Below, in pieces: positions 50,801-64,000 of a DNA stretch of 64,000 nt. This stretch comes from Balanoglossus misakiensis. Its lineage: Eukaryota > Animalia > Hemichordata. Every line of letters starts with the position of its first letter. Position 1 is the stretch's first letter. A program made the position numbers and the translations under genes. Location of the stretch: positions 10,498,461 through 10,562,460 of the forward strand of contig CM082596.2 of assembly GCA_040954595.2 (NCBI GenBank), given 5' to 3'. The notes beneath the pieces are model-generated. The model was given only the letters and a program-made list of their open reading frames with translations. It was not told the origin of the DNA and searched no databases.

Positions 50801-53796
50801 TTTAGTTTTGTTACCTATACCAGGTGAACCATTATCCGCTAAATTCAGGGGGCCCTATGAAGTAGAAAAGAAATTGAATAGTGTGAATTATGTTATCCGA
50901 ACCCCTGACAGACGCAAGACACGCAGGGTTTGTCATATTAATATGTTGAAGCTGTATTTTGTTCGTGAAGGTGACCATAAGCATTCCGTTGGTTTGGCTG
51001 CTGCTGTCAACAATATGGATGTTCACAATGTCGATTGCAATGATACAGAATGTGTTGAGTTTGAGGTGACTGAAGTTGATTCTATGACGGGAAAATTGTC
51101 TAATTCGGAAGCACTTGCTAATTTACAGTCTATTTTATGTCACTTGCCTGAGAATGAAAGGGCTGGCATTGTCAAACTTATAAATGAATATAAACCTCTG
51201 TTTTCCGATGAACCGGGTTGCACGTCCATAGCTGAACATGACGTAGACGTCGGCAATGAACCCCCTATCAAACAACACCCCTATAGGTTAAATCCTTATA
51301 AAGCAGCCAAAGTTGAGGAGGAATTGCAGTATATGTTGGACCACGACCTAATTGAACCAAGTGAGAGTAGTTGGAGCTCTCCAGTAGTGTTAGTACCAAA
51401 GCCAGACAAGTCTTTGAGATTTTGCATAGATTATCGCAAGGTAAATGCTGTTACGCGTACTGATTCCTATCCACTTCCTCGAATTGAGGATTGCATTGAC
51501 AAAATTGGTACAGCCAAGTATGTAACCAAAATTGATTTGTTGAAAGGTTATTGGCAAGTACCTTTGTCTAACAGAGCCAGGAAAATTTCTGCTTTCATTA
51601 CTCCAAACGGATTGTACCAGTTTAAAGTAATGCCCTTTGGCATGAAAAATGCCCCGGCTACATTTCAAAGGTTGATGAACAAGGTCACAGCCGGTTTAGC
51701 ATATTGTGCTGTGTATATTGATGATATTCTGGTTTTCAGTGACACATGGGAAGATCATGTAACCCATTTAAGGAATCTGTTTCAGTGGCTTCACGAGGCT
51801 AATCTGGTGGTTAAGGGATGCCCCTAACGAATCAACTGGTTTTACTCCCTTTGAACTTGTATATGGTCATGAAGTCAGGGGCCCTCTTAAATTCATCAAA
51901 GAGAGATTTCTTAATGAACAGGATGATGTCAACCTCCTGGATTACGTTTCCAAATTTCGAGAACGTTTGACTAAGGCCTGTGATTTGGCTAGACACCATC
52001 TGAAACTGTCTCAGCAAACCATGAAGAGGTATTATGATAGGGATAGTCAATTTCGCAAATTTAAAGTTGGTGACAAAGTTTTAGTTTTGTTACCTATACC
52101 AGGTGAACCATTATCCGCTAAATTCAGGGGGCCCTATGAAGTAGAAAAGAAATTGAATAGTGTGAATTATGTTATCCGAACCCCTGACAGACGCAAGACA
52201 CGCAGGGTTTGTCATATTAATATGTTGAAGCTGTATTTTGTTCGTGAAGGTGACCATAAGCATTCCGTTGGTTTGGCTGCTGCTGTCAACAATATGGATG
52301 TTCACAATGTCGATTGCAATGATACAGAATGTGTTGAGTTTGAGGTGACTGAAGTTGATTCTATGACGGGAAAATTGTCTAATTCGGAAGCACTTGCTAA
52401 TTTACAGTCTATTTTATGTCACTTGCCTGAGAATGAAAGGGCTGGCATTGTCAAACTTATAAATGAATATAAACCTCTGTTTTCCGATGAACCGGGTTGC
52501 ACGTCCATAGCTGAACATGACGTAGACGTCGGCAATGAACCCCCTATCAAACAACACCCCTATAGGTTAAATCCTTATAAAGCAGCCAAAGTTGAGGAGG
52601 AATTGCAGTATATGTTGGACCACGACCTAATTGAACCAAGTGAGAGTAGTTGGAGCTCTCCAGTAGTGTTAGTACCAAAGCCAGACAAGTCTTTGAGATT
52701 TTGCATAGATTATCGCAAGGTAAATGCTGTTACGCGTACTGATTCCTATCCACTTCCTCGAATTGAGGATTGCATTGACAAAATTGGTACAGCCAAGTAT
52801 GTAACCAAAATTGATTTGTTGAAAGGTTATTGGCAAGTACCTTTGTCTAACAGAGCCAGGAAAATTTCTGCTTTCATTACTCCAAACGGATTGTACCAGT
52901 TTAAAGTAATGCCCTTTGGCATGAAAAATGCCCCGGCTACATTTCAAAGGTTGATGAACAAGGTCACAGCCGGTTTAGCATATTGTGTTGTGTATATTGA
53001 TGATATTCTGGTTTTCAGTGACACATGGGAAGATCATGTAACCCATTTAAGGAATCTGTTTCAGCGGCTTCACGAGGCTAATCTGGTGGTTAATCTGTCA
53101 AAGAGTGGTTTTGTCAAAGCCAAAGTGGTTTATCTTGGGCATGTCATAGGTGAAGGCAGAGTGTCTCCAAGACAAGCGAAAATTCAAGACATCATAGAGT
53201 TTCCAGTGCCTACAAATAAGCGAGAATTACGTCGTTTTCTAGGCGTGTCGGGGTTTTATCGGAAATGTTGTGCAAATTATAGCACCATTGTTGCTCCTCT
53301 CACTAATTTGCTTAAAAAGAGTGTAAAATACGAGTGGTCCGATTCGTGTCAAAATGCATTCGATGTAATAAAAGCAGTTCTAGCAAGTGAGCCAGTGCTT
53401 ACGGCTCCAGATTTCTACAAGCCGTTTAAATTGGCTATTGATGCCAGTGATGTTGGTATCGGTGCCGTCTTATTGCAGGATGATGAATCAGGTATCGAGA
53501 AACCTGTCAGTTATTTTTCGAGAAAACTAAACCGTCACCAAAGAGTGTATTCTACCATTGAGAAAGAGGCTTTAAGCCTAGTGTCTGCTCTTCAGCATTT
53601 TGAAATTTATGTGACTAATGGGGTAGGTGATGTTACTGTTTACACAGATCACAACCCACTTGTATTTCTTGACAAGTTCAAAACAAAGAGTAACAGGTTG
53701 TTTCGCTGGAGTTTGTTGCTTCAGCCTTATTCAATTAAAGTCGTACATATTTCTGGAAAAGAAAATGTCATTGCAGATGCACTATCCAGTGTTTAG
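47849..53796 (+). pseudogene. gag-pol: gag-pol: Gag with CCHC knuckle, protease, integrase, RT, RNase H; broken by a +1 frameshift (~48190) and a 1279-bp duplication
   Basis: CFHCGKVGHIKSNC; LRDTGA; H..GHLG..CHTC; IDCVGP/TDQGSNF/ALERYH; GPY; VMPFG..YIDD; DASDVG..EKEAL..TDHNPL..ADALS. ORFs 47810..48220, 48201..51827 and 51967..53796. Confidence 0.93.
50534..53091 (+). repeat. Direct tandem duplication of 1279 bp (50534-51812 / 51813-53091) covering the integrase C-terminus and RT
   Basis: Identical antisense ORFs offset by 1279. Junction GTGGTT-AA-GGGATG has 2-bp microhomology. Confidence 0.95.
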
Positions 53797-53919
53797 AATG
53801 TATAACAGGATAGCTTTTTGAAATGATTCTTGAATGATTCTTGAAATGATGTTTTTGAAATAATTAACATATGTGATTACCCCTTGAAAAACGTCACCAT
53901 GGTAACGTTTTTCTTTTCT

Positions 53920-53930
53920 GAGGGGGGAGG
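53920..53930 (+). promoter_or_regulatory. Polypurine tract
   Basis: GAGGGGGGAGG immediately before the 3' LTR. Confidence 0.9.
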
Positions 53931-54793
53931 TGTTACGTATTCTGCAAACTGCAAGTCAGTGCTGATGGGACATGTGTTACGTAGGTTCAGTCGGCTATTG
54001 TTTTGTGACCAGGTGTGTTTTTCGTGTGCGTTTCGTGTGCGTTTCGTTTGCTTTCTTTATTTGAATATTTAAGTGACCAGGTGTGAGGAATTAATTTTTG
54101 GCTAGTATAAAAGCCCGCTCGTTGCCACGTTGTGCGAGTGGATGTTAATTTGACCTGGAGGAGGTGCTGCTCGTTTGAACCGTCTTGGAAGCTGTGGCTG
54201 CTCTTCTGAACAAGTTGTAAGTCGTGCTGTTTCGTGTGGAGCGGACTTTTGAAGCGGACTTTTGTGGAGCAGACTTTTGCGGACTTTTGTGGAGCAGACT
54301 TTTGCGGACTTTTGTGGAACCAGTTGGAGCTGGACTTTTGCCTGGACCACCGTGTCGCTGTGTCTACGCTAAATTGCCGCCGAGATGGAGCTGTCGCTGT
54401 GTCTACGCTGAACTGCCGCCGAGTTGGAGCGGTCGCCGTGTCGCTGTGTCTACACTGAATTATCGCCGAGTTACTGTGTCTACGTGTCCTCCGTCAAATC
54501 AGCTGAACGTTATAGCGGACATTGGACTTGTTCTGTTTCAGTTTATGCACACCTGGTCACGTTTAAAAAGGTAGTTCACTTGTTTCTTGTGTGTTTCTTT
54601 AGTTTATACTATTTAATGTTCACGATTACTTTAGTTATTATTAAATTCGTTATAAATAAGGTGATTTGCTGGTTGTTGTGACTTATGTTGACCAACTTTG
54701 TTGCGTGCGGCGCTGGTTTGGTTCCTTACTAAGTACGACTAGTGTGTTTATTGCTCGCCCTGTTTCGGCTGGAACGGCCAGCGTGTCGTAACA
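53931..54793 (+). repeat. 3' LTR (863 bp)
   Basis: Matches the 5' LTR except for about 7 substitutions I could see and one 7-bp indel. Confidence 0.95.
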
Positions 54794-57700
54794 ATAGACA
54801 CATCACATACATGGACATGACTGCAAGAATGGACACAGATCATTTATGAAGTCAATGTGAACAACTTTACTTGAATTCAGTACATTGCAAACAGAATACA
54901 TGAGTTGAAATAGTTTGTCTGGTCACAATATGTCTATAGACACATCACGTACATAGATATGAATGCAAGAATGGACACAGATCATTTATGAAGTCAATGT
55001 GAACAACTATAATTCATGTCAGTACATTGTAAACAGAATACATGAGTTGAAATAGTTTGTCTGATCACAATATGTCTATAGACACATCACGTAAATTGAC
55101 ACAAATGAAAGAATGGTCACAGATCATTTATGAAGTCAATGTGAACAACTTTACTTGAAGTAAGCACATTGTAAACAGAACACATGAGTTGGAATAGTTT
55201 GTCTGATCACAATATGTCTATAGACATATCACGTACATGGACATGAATGCAAGAATGTACACAGATCATTTATGAAGTCAATGTGAACAACTTTACTTGA
55301 AGTCAGTAAATTGTAAACAGAATACCAGAGTTGTAATAATTTGTCTGGTCACAATATGTCTATGGACACATCGCGTACATGGACATGACTGCAAGAATGG
55401 ACACAGATCATTTATGAAGTCAATGTGAACAACTTTACTTGAATTCAGTACATTGCAAACAGAATACATGAGTTGAAATAGTTTGTCTGGTCACAATATG
55501 TCTATAGACACATCACGTACATAGATATGAATGCAAGAATGGACACAGATCATTTATGAAGTCAATGTGAACAACTATACTTCATGTCAGTACATTGTAA
55601 ACAGAATACATGAGTTGAAATAGTTTGTCTGATCACAATATGTTTATAGACACATCACGTAAATTGACACAAATGAAAGAATGGTCACAGATCATTTATG
55701 AAGTCAATGTGAACAACTTTACTTGAAGTAAGCACATTGTAAACAGAATACATGAGTTGGAATAGTTTGTCTGATCACAATATGTCTATAGACACATCAC
55801 GTACATGGACATGAATGCAAGAATGGACACAGATCATTAATGAAGTCAATGTGAACAACTTTACTTCATGTTAGTACATTGTAAACAGAATACCAGAGTT
55901 GTAATAATTTGTCTGGTCACAATATGTCTATAGACACATCACGTACATGGACATGAATGCAAGAATGGACACAGATCATTTATGAAGTCAATGTGAACAA
56001 CTTTACTTGAAGTCAGTAAATTGTAAACAGAATATCAGAGTTGTATTAATTTGTCTGGTCACAATATGTCTATAGACACATCACGTACATGGACATGAAT
56101 GCAAGAATGGACACAGATCATTTATGAAGTCAATGTGAACAACTTTACTTGAAGTCAGTAAATTGTAAACAGAATACCAGAGTTGTAATAATTTGTATGG
56201 TCACAATATGTCTATAGTCACATCACGTACATGACTGCAAGAATGGACACAGATCATTAATGAAGTCAATGTGAACAACTTTACTTCATGTTAGTACATT
56301 GTAAACAGAATACCAGAGTTGTATTAATTTGTCTGGTCACAATATGTCTATAGACACATCACATACATGGACATTAATGCAAGAATGGACACAGATCATT
56401 TATGAAGTCAATGTGAACAACTTTGCTTGAAGTCAGTAAATTGTAAACAGAATACCAGAGTTGTAATAATTTGTCTGGTCACAATATGTCTATAGACACA
56501 TCACGTACATGGACATGACTGCAAGGATGGACACAGATCATTTATGAAGTCAATGTGAACAACTTTAAATGAATTCAGTACATTGTAAAGAGAATACATG
56601 AGTTGAAATAGTTTGTCTGATCACAATATGTCTATAGACACATCACGTAAATTGACACAAATGAAAGAATGGTCACAGATCATTTATGAAGTCAATGTGA
56701 ACAACTTTACTTGAAGTAAGCACATTGTAAACAGAATACATGAGTTGGAATAGTTTGTCTGATCACAATATGTCTATAAACACATCACGTACATGGACAT
56801 GAATGCAAGAATGGACACAGATCATTTATGAAGTCAATGTGAACAATTTTACTTTATGTCAGAACATTATAAACAGAATATCAGAGTTGTAATAATTTGT
56901 CTGGTCACAATATGTCTATAGTCACATCACGTACATGACTGCAAGAATGGACACAGATCATTAATGAAGTCAATGTGAACAACTTTACTTCATGTTAGTA
57001 CATTGTAAACAGAATACCAGAGTTTTAATAATTTGTCTGGTCACAATATGTCTATAGACACATCACGTACATGGACATGAATGCAAGAATGGACACAGAT
57101 CATTTATGAAGTCAATGTGAACAACTCTACTTGATGTCAGTAAATTGTAAACAGAATACCAGAGTTGTAATAATTTGTCTGGTCACAATATGTCTATAGA
57201 CACATCACGTACACGGACATGACTGAAAGAATGGACACAGATCATTTATGAAGTCAATGTGAACAACTTTATTTGAAGTCATTACATTGTAAACAGAATA
57301 CCATAGTTGTATTAATTTGTCTGGTCACAATATGTCTATAGACACATCACATACATGGACATGAATGCAAGAATGGACACAGATCATTTATGAAGTCAAT
57401 GTGAACAACTTTGCTTGAAGTCAGTAAATTGTAAACAGAATACCAGAGTTGTAATAATTTGTCTGGTCACAATATGTCTATAGACACATCACGTACATGG
57501 ACATGACTGCAAGAATGGACACAGATCATTTATGAAGTCAATGTGAACAACTTTAAATGAATTCAGTACATTGTAAACAGAATACATGAGTTGAAATAGT
57601 TTGTCTGATCACAATATGTCTATAGACACATCACGTAAATTGACACAAATGAAAGAATGGTCACAGATCATTTATGAAGTCAATGTGAACAACTTTACTT

Positions 57701-60700
57701 GAAGTCAGTAAATTGTAAACAGAATACCAGAGTTGTAATAATTTGTCTGGTCACAATATGTCTATCGACACATCACGTACACGGACATGACTGAAAGAAT
57801 GGACACAGATCATTTATGAAGTCAATGTGAACAACTTTACTTGAAGTCATTACATTGTAAACAGAATACCATAGTTGTATTAATTTGTCTAGTCACAATA
57901 TGTCTATAGACACATCACGTACACGGACATGACTGAAAGAATGGACACAGATCATTTATGAAGTCAATGTGAACAACTTTACTTGAAGTCATTACATTGT
58001 AAACAGAATACCATAGTTGTATTAATTTGTCTGGTCACAATATGTCTATAGACACATCACGTACATGGACATGACTGCAAGAATGGACACAGATCATTTA
58101 TGAAGTCAATGTGAACAACTTTACTTGAATTCAGTACATTGCAAACAGAATACATGAGTTGAAATAGTTTGTCTGGTCACAATATGTCTATAGACACATC
58201 ACGTACATAGATATGAATGCAAGAATGGACACAGATCATTTATGAAGTCAATGTGAACAACTATACTTCATGTCAGTACATTGTAAACAGAATACATGAG
58301 TTGAAATAGTTTGTCTGATCACAATATGTTTATAGACACATCACGTAAATTGACACAAATGAAAGAATGGTCACAGATCATTTATGAAGTCAATGTGAAC
58401 AACTTTACTTGAAGTAAGCACATTGTAAACAGAATACATGAGTTGGAATAGTTTGTCTGATCACAATATGTCTATAGACACATCACGTACATGGACATGA
58501 ATGCAAGAATGGACACAGATCATTTATGAAGTCAATGTGAACAATTTTACTTTATGTCAGTACATTGTAATCAGAATATCAGAGTTGTAATAATTTGTCT
58601 GGTCACAATATGTCTATAGACACATCACGTACATGGACATGAATGCAAGAATGGACACAGATCATTTATGAAGTCAATGTGAACAACTCTACTTGATGTC
58701 AGTAAATTGTAAACAGAATACCAGAGTTGTAATAATTTGTCTGGTCACAATATGTCTATCGACACATCACGTACACGGACATGACTAAAAGAATGGACAC
58801 AGATCATTTATGAAGTCAATGTGAACAACTTTACTTGAAGTAAGCACATTGTAAACAGAATACATGAGTTGGAATAGTTTGTCTGATCACAATATGTCTA
58901 TAAACACATCACGTACATGGACATGAATGCAAGAATGGACACAGATCATTTATGAAGTCAATGTGAACAATTTTACTTTATGTCAGAACATTATAAACAG
59001 AATATCAGAGTTGTAATAATTTGTCTGGTCACAATATGTCTATAGTCACATCACGTACATGACTGCAAGAATGGACACAGATCATTAATGAAGTCAATGT
59101 GAACAACTTTACTTCATGTTAGTACATTGTAAACAGAATACCAGAGTTTTAATAATTTGTCTGGTCACAATATGTCTATAGACACATCACGTACATGGAC
59201 ATGAATGCAAGAATGGACACAGATCATTTATGAAGTCAATGTGAACAACTCTACTTGATGTCAGTAAATTGTAAACAGAATACCAGAGTTGTAATAATTT
59301 GTCTGGTCACAATATGTCTATAGACACATCACGTACACGGACATGACTGAAAGAATGGACACAGATCATTTATGAAGTCAATGTGAACAACTTTATTTGA
59401 AGTCATTACATTGTAAACAGAATACCATAGTTGTATTAATTTGTCTGGTCACAATATGTCTATAGACACATCACATACATGGACATGAATGCAAGAATGG
59501 ACACAGATCATTTATGAAGTCAATGTGAACAACTTTGCTTGAAGTCAGTAAATTGTAAACAGAATACCAGAGTTGTAATAATTTGTCTGGTCACAATATG
59601 TCTATAGACACATCACGTACATGGACATGACTGCAAGAATGGACACAGATCATTTATGAAGTCAATGTGAACAACTTTAAATGAATTCAGTACATTGTAA
59701 ACAGAATACATGAGTTGAAATAGTTTGTCTGATCACAATATGTCTATAGACACATCACGTAAATTGACACAAATGAAAGAATGGTCACAGATCATTTATG
59801 AAGTCAATGTGAACAACTTTACTTGAAGTCAGTAAATTGTAAACAGAATACCAGAGTTGTAATAATTTGTCTGGTCACAATATGTCTATCGACACATCAC
59901 GTACACGGACATGACTGAAAGAATGGACACAGATCATTTATGAAGTCAATGTGAACAACTTTACTTGAAGTCATTACATTGTAAACAGAATACCATAGTT
60001 GTATTAATTTGTCTGGTCACAATATGTCTATAGACACATCACGTACACGGACATGACTGAAAGAATGGACACAGATCATTTATGAAGTCAATGTGAACAA
60101 CTTTACTTGAAGTCATTACATTGTAAACAGAATACCATAGTTGTATTAATTTGTCTGGTCACAATATGTCTATAGACACATCACGTACATGGACATGACT
60201 GCAAGAATGGACACAGATCATTTATGAAGTCAATGTGAACAACTTTACTTGAATTCAGTACATTGCAAACAGAATACATGAGTTGAAATAGTTTGTCTGG
60301 TCACAATATGTCTATAGACACATCACGTACATAGATATGAATGCAAGAATGGACACAGATCATTTATGAAGTCAATGTGAACAACTATACTTCATGTCAG
60401 TACATTGTAAACAGAATACATGAGTTGAAATAGTTTGTCTGATCACAATATGTTTATAGACACATCACGTAAATTGACACAAATGAAAGAATGGTCACAG
60501 ATCATTTATGAAGTCAATGTGAACAACTTTACTTGAAGTAAGCACATTGTAAACAGAATACATGAGTTGGAATAGTTTGTCTGATCACAATATGTCTATA
60601 GACACATCACGTACATGGACATGAATGCAAGAATGGACACAGATCATTTATGAAGTCAATGTGAACAATTTTACTTTATGTCAGTACATTGTAATCAGAA

Positions 60701-63700
60701 TATCAGAGTTGTAATAATTTGTCTGGTCACAATATGTCTATAGACACATCACGTACATGGACATGAATGAAAGAATGGTCACAGATCATTTATGAAGTCA
60801 ATGTGAACAACTTTACTTGAAGTCAGTAAATTGTAAACAGAATACCAGAGTTGTAATAATTTGTCTGGTCACAATATGTCTATCGACACATCACGTACAC
60901 GGACATGACTAAAAGAATGGACACAGATCATTTATGAAGTCAATGTGAACAACTTTACTTGAAGTCATTACATTGTAAACAGAATACCATAGTTGTATTA
61001 ATTTGTCTGGTCACAATATGTCTATAGACACATCACGTACACGGACATGACTGAAAGAATGGACACAGATCATTTATGAAGTCAATGTGAACAACTTTAC
61101 TTGAAGTCATTACATTGTAAACAGAATACCATAGTTGTATTAATTTGTCTGGTCACAATATGTCTATAGACACATCACGTACATGGACATGACTGCAAGA
61201 ATGGACACAGATCATTTATGAAGTCAATGTGAACAACTTTACTTGAATTCAGTACATTGCAAACAGAATACATGAGTTGAAATAGTTTGTCTGGTCACAA
61301 TATGTCTATAGACACATCACGTACATAGATATGAATGCAAGAATGGACACAGATCATTTATGAAGTCAATGTGAACAACTATACTTCATGTCAGTACATT
61401 GTAAACAGAATACATGAGTTGAAATAGTTTGTCTGATCACAATATGTTTATAGACACATCACGTAAATTGACACAAATGAAAGAATGGTCACAGATCATT
61501 TATGAAGTCAATGTGAACAACTTTACTTGAAGTAAGCACATTGTAAACAGAATACATGAGTTGGAATAGTTTGTCTGATCACAATATGTCTATAGACACA
61601 TCACGTACATGGACATGAATGCAAGAATGGACACAGATCATTTATGAAGTCAATGTGAACAATTTTACTTTATGTCAGTACATTGTAATCAGAATATCAG
61701 AGTTGTAATAATTTGTCTGGTCACAATATGTCTATAGACACATCACGTACATGGACATGAATGCAAGAATGGACACAGATCATTTATGAAGTCAATGTGA
61801 ACAACTTTACTTGAAGTCAGTAAATTGTAAACAGAATACCAGAGTTGTAATAATTTGTCTGGTCACAATATGTCTATAGACACATCACATACATGGACAT
61901 GACTGCAAGAATGGACACAGATCATTTATGAAGTCAATGTGAACAACTTTACTTGAAGTCATTACATTGTAAACAGAATACCATAGTTGTATTAATTTGT
62001 CTGGTCACAATATGTCTATAGACACATCACGTACATGGACATGAATGCAAGAATGGACACAGATCATTAATGAAGTCAATGTGAACAACTTTACTTGAAG
62101 TCAGTAAATTGTAAACAGAATACCAGAGTTGTAATAATTTGTATGGTCACAATATGTCTATCGACACATCACGTACACGGACATGACTGAAAGAAGGGAC
62201 ACAGATCATTTATGAAGTCAATGTGAACAAATTTACTTGAAGTCATTACATTGTAAACAGAATACCATAGTTGTATTAATTTGTCTGGTCACAATATGTC
62301 TATAGACACATCACGTACATGGACATGAATGCAAGAATGGACACAGATCATTAATGAAGTCAATGTGAACAACTTTACTTCATGTTAGTACATTGTAAAC
62401 AGAATACCAGAGTTGTAATAATTTGTCTGGTCACAATATGTCTATAGACACATCACGTACATGGACATGAATGCAAGAATGAACACAGATCATTTATGAA
62501 GTCAATGTGAACAACTTTACTTGAAGTCAGTAAATTGTAAACAGAATACCAGAGTTGTAATAATTTGTATGGTCACAATATGTCTATCGACACATCACGT
62601 ACACGGACATGACTGAAAGAAGGGACACAGATCATTTATGAAGTCAATGTGAACAAATTTACTTGAAGTCATTACATTGTAAACAGAATACCATAGTTGT
62701 ATTAATTTGTCTGGTCACAATATGTCTATAGACACATCACATACATGGACATGAATGCAAGAATGGACACAGATCATTTATGAAGTCAATGTGAACAACT
62801 TTGCTTGAAGTCAGTAAATTGTAAACAGAATACCAGAGTTGTAATAATTTGTCTGGTCACAATATGTCTATAGACACATCACGTACATGGACATGACTGC
62901 AAGAATGGACACAGATCATTTATGAAGTCAATGTGAACAACTTTACTTGAAGTCAGTAAATTGTAAACAGAATACCAGAGTTGTAATAATTTGTATGGTC
63001 ACAATATGTCTATCGACACATCACATACATGGACATGAATGCAAGAATGGACACAGATCATTTATGAAGTCAATGTGAACAATTTTACTTTATGTCAGTA
63101 CATTGTAATCAGAATATCAGAGTTGTAATAATTTGTCTGGTCACAATATGTCTATAGACACATCACGTACATGGACATGAATGCAAGAATGAACACAGAT
63201 CATTTATGAAGTCAATGTGAACAACTTTACTTGAAGTCAGTAAATTGTAAACAGAATACCAGAGTTGTAATAATTTGTATGGTCACAATATGTCTATCGA
63301 CACATCACGTACACGGACATGACTGAAAGAAGGGACACAGATCATTTATGAAGTCAATGTGAACAAATTTACTTGAAGTCATTACATTGTAAACAGAATA
63401 CCATAGTTGTATTAATTTGTCTGGTCACAATATGTCTATAGACACATCACGTACATGGACATGAATGCAAGAATGGACACAGATCATTAATGAAGTCAAT
63501 GTGAACAACTTTACTTCATGTTAGTACATTGTAAACAGAATACCAGAGTTGTAATAATTTGTCTGGTCACAATATGTCTATAGACACATCACGTACATGG
63601 ACATGACTGCAAGAATGAACACAGATCATTTATGAAGTCAATGTGAACAACTTTACTTGAAGTCAGTAAATTGTAAACAGAATACCAGAGTTGTAATAAT

Positions 63701-64000
63701 TTGTATGGTCACAATATGTCTATCGACACATCACGTACACGGACATGACTGAAAGAAGGGACACAGATCATTTATGAAGTCAATGTGATCAAATTTACTT
63801 GAAGTCATTACATTGTAAACAGAATACCATAGTTGTATTAATTTGTCTGGTCACAATATGTCTATAGACACATCACATACATGGACATGAATGCAAGAAT
63901 GGACACAGATCATTTATGAAGTCAATGTGAACAACTTTGCTTGAAGTCAGTAAATTGTAAACAGAATACCAGAGTTGTAATAATTTGTCTGGTCACAATA
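54794..64000. repeat. 142-bp satellite array, right block (~65 monomers, runs off the window)
   Basis: Resumes in register after the TSD (TCT-ATAG | ATAG-ACACATC). Confidence 0.98.

Larger units (their letters stand above)
46900..54793 (+). mobile_element. Full-length Gmr1-like Ty3/Gypsy LTR retrotransposon (PR-INT-RT-RH order)
   Basis: Two LTRs TGTTACG...CGTAACA, 4-bp TSD ATAG (46896-46899, 54794-54797), PBS, PPT and gag-pol. Confidence 0.96.
9632..64000 (-). mobile_element. Helentron/Helitron2 rolling-circle element with 3' end at ~9632 and 5' end not seen (inferred to lie beyond the window); contains nested insertions and tandem arrays
   Basis: Terminal hairpin plus (TTA)n at 9635-9712 interrupts a coding exon. 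The Rep-helicase-endonuclease gene on the minus strand points toward this end. Sequence is continuous across the IS3EU TSD. Inclusion of the 142-bp satellite is inference. Confidence 0.6.

Noticed and set aside
48228-52947. Antisense ORFs over gag-pol and over the Helentron gene
   Set aside because: Short shadow frames of long coding sequences with no motifs.
35050-64000. CRISPR-like array or repeated 60-aa ORFs (MICVHSCIHVHVRD...)
   Set aside because: Monomers are contiguous 142-bp near-copies with no unique spacers and no cas genes. 142 is not a multiple of 3, and the ORFs appear only where a variant removes a stop.

Overview
Eukaryotic (animal-like, AT-rich, GT-AG introns) repeat-dense window made almost entirely of nested transposons, with no ordinary host gene. 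In order: (1) the 3' end of an LTR retrotransposon with an unexplained zinc-finger accessory ORF and its 3' LTR (1-1701); (2) a 10-exon, minus-strand DUF7869-type DDE-transposase-like gene (2956-~9632), cut off at its 5' side by (3) the hairpin end of a Helentron/Helitron2. The decayed Helentron polyprotein (C76-like and OTU deubiquitinase domains, HUH Rep, PIF1 helicase, EEP endonuclease) lies at 26173-34288, next to a 142-bp satellite of more than 21 kb. Inside the Helentron sits (4) an 11.4-kb IS3EU-type DNA transposon (TAT..ATA ends, GTTAAG TSD, ~500-600 bp TIRs) with a 4-exon integrase-core transposase and a convergent, spliced alpha-kinase gene. That transposase is interrupted by (5) an Academ-type element (TAG..CTA, ATA TSD), which contains (6) a Harbinger-like MITE. 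(7) A full-length Gmr1-type Gypsy element (integrase before RT, tRNA-Pro PBS, ATAG TSD, internal 1279-bp duplication) splits the satellite. The best novelty candidate is the transposase + alpha-kinase IS3EU element. Family assignments come from motif recognition and terminal/TSD rules, not database searches.
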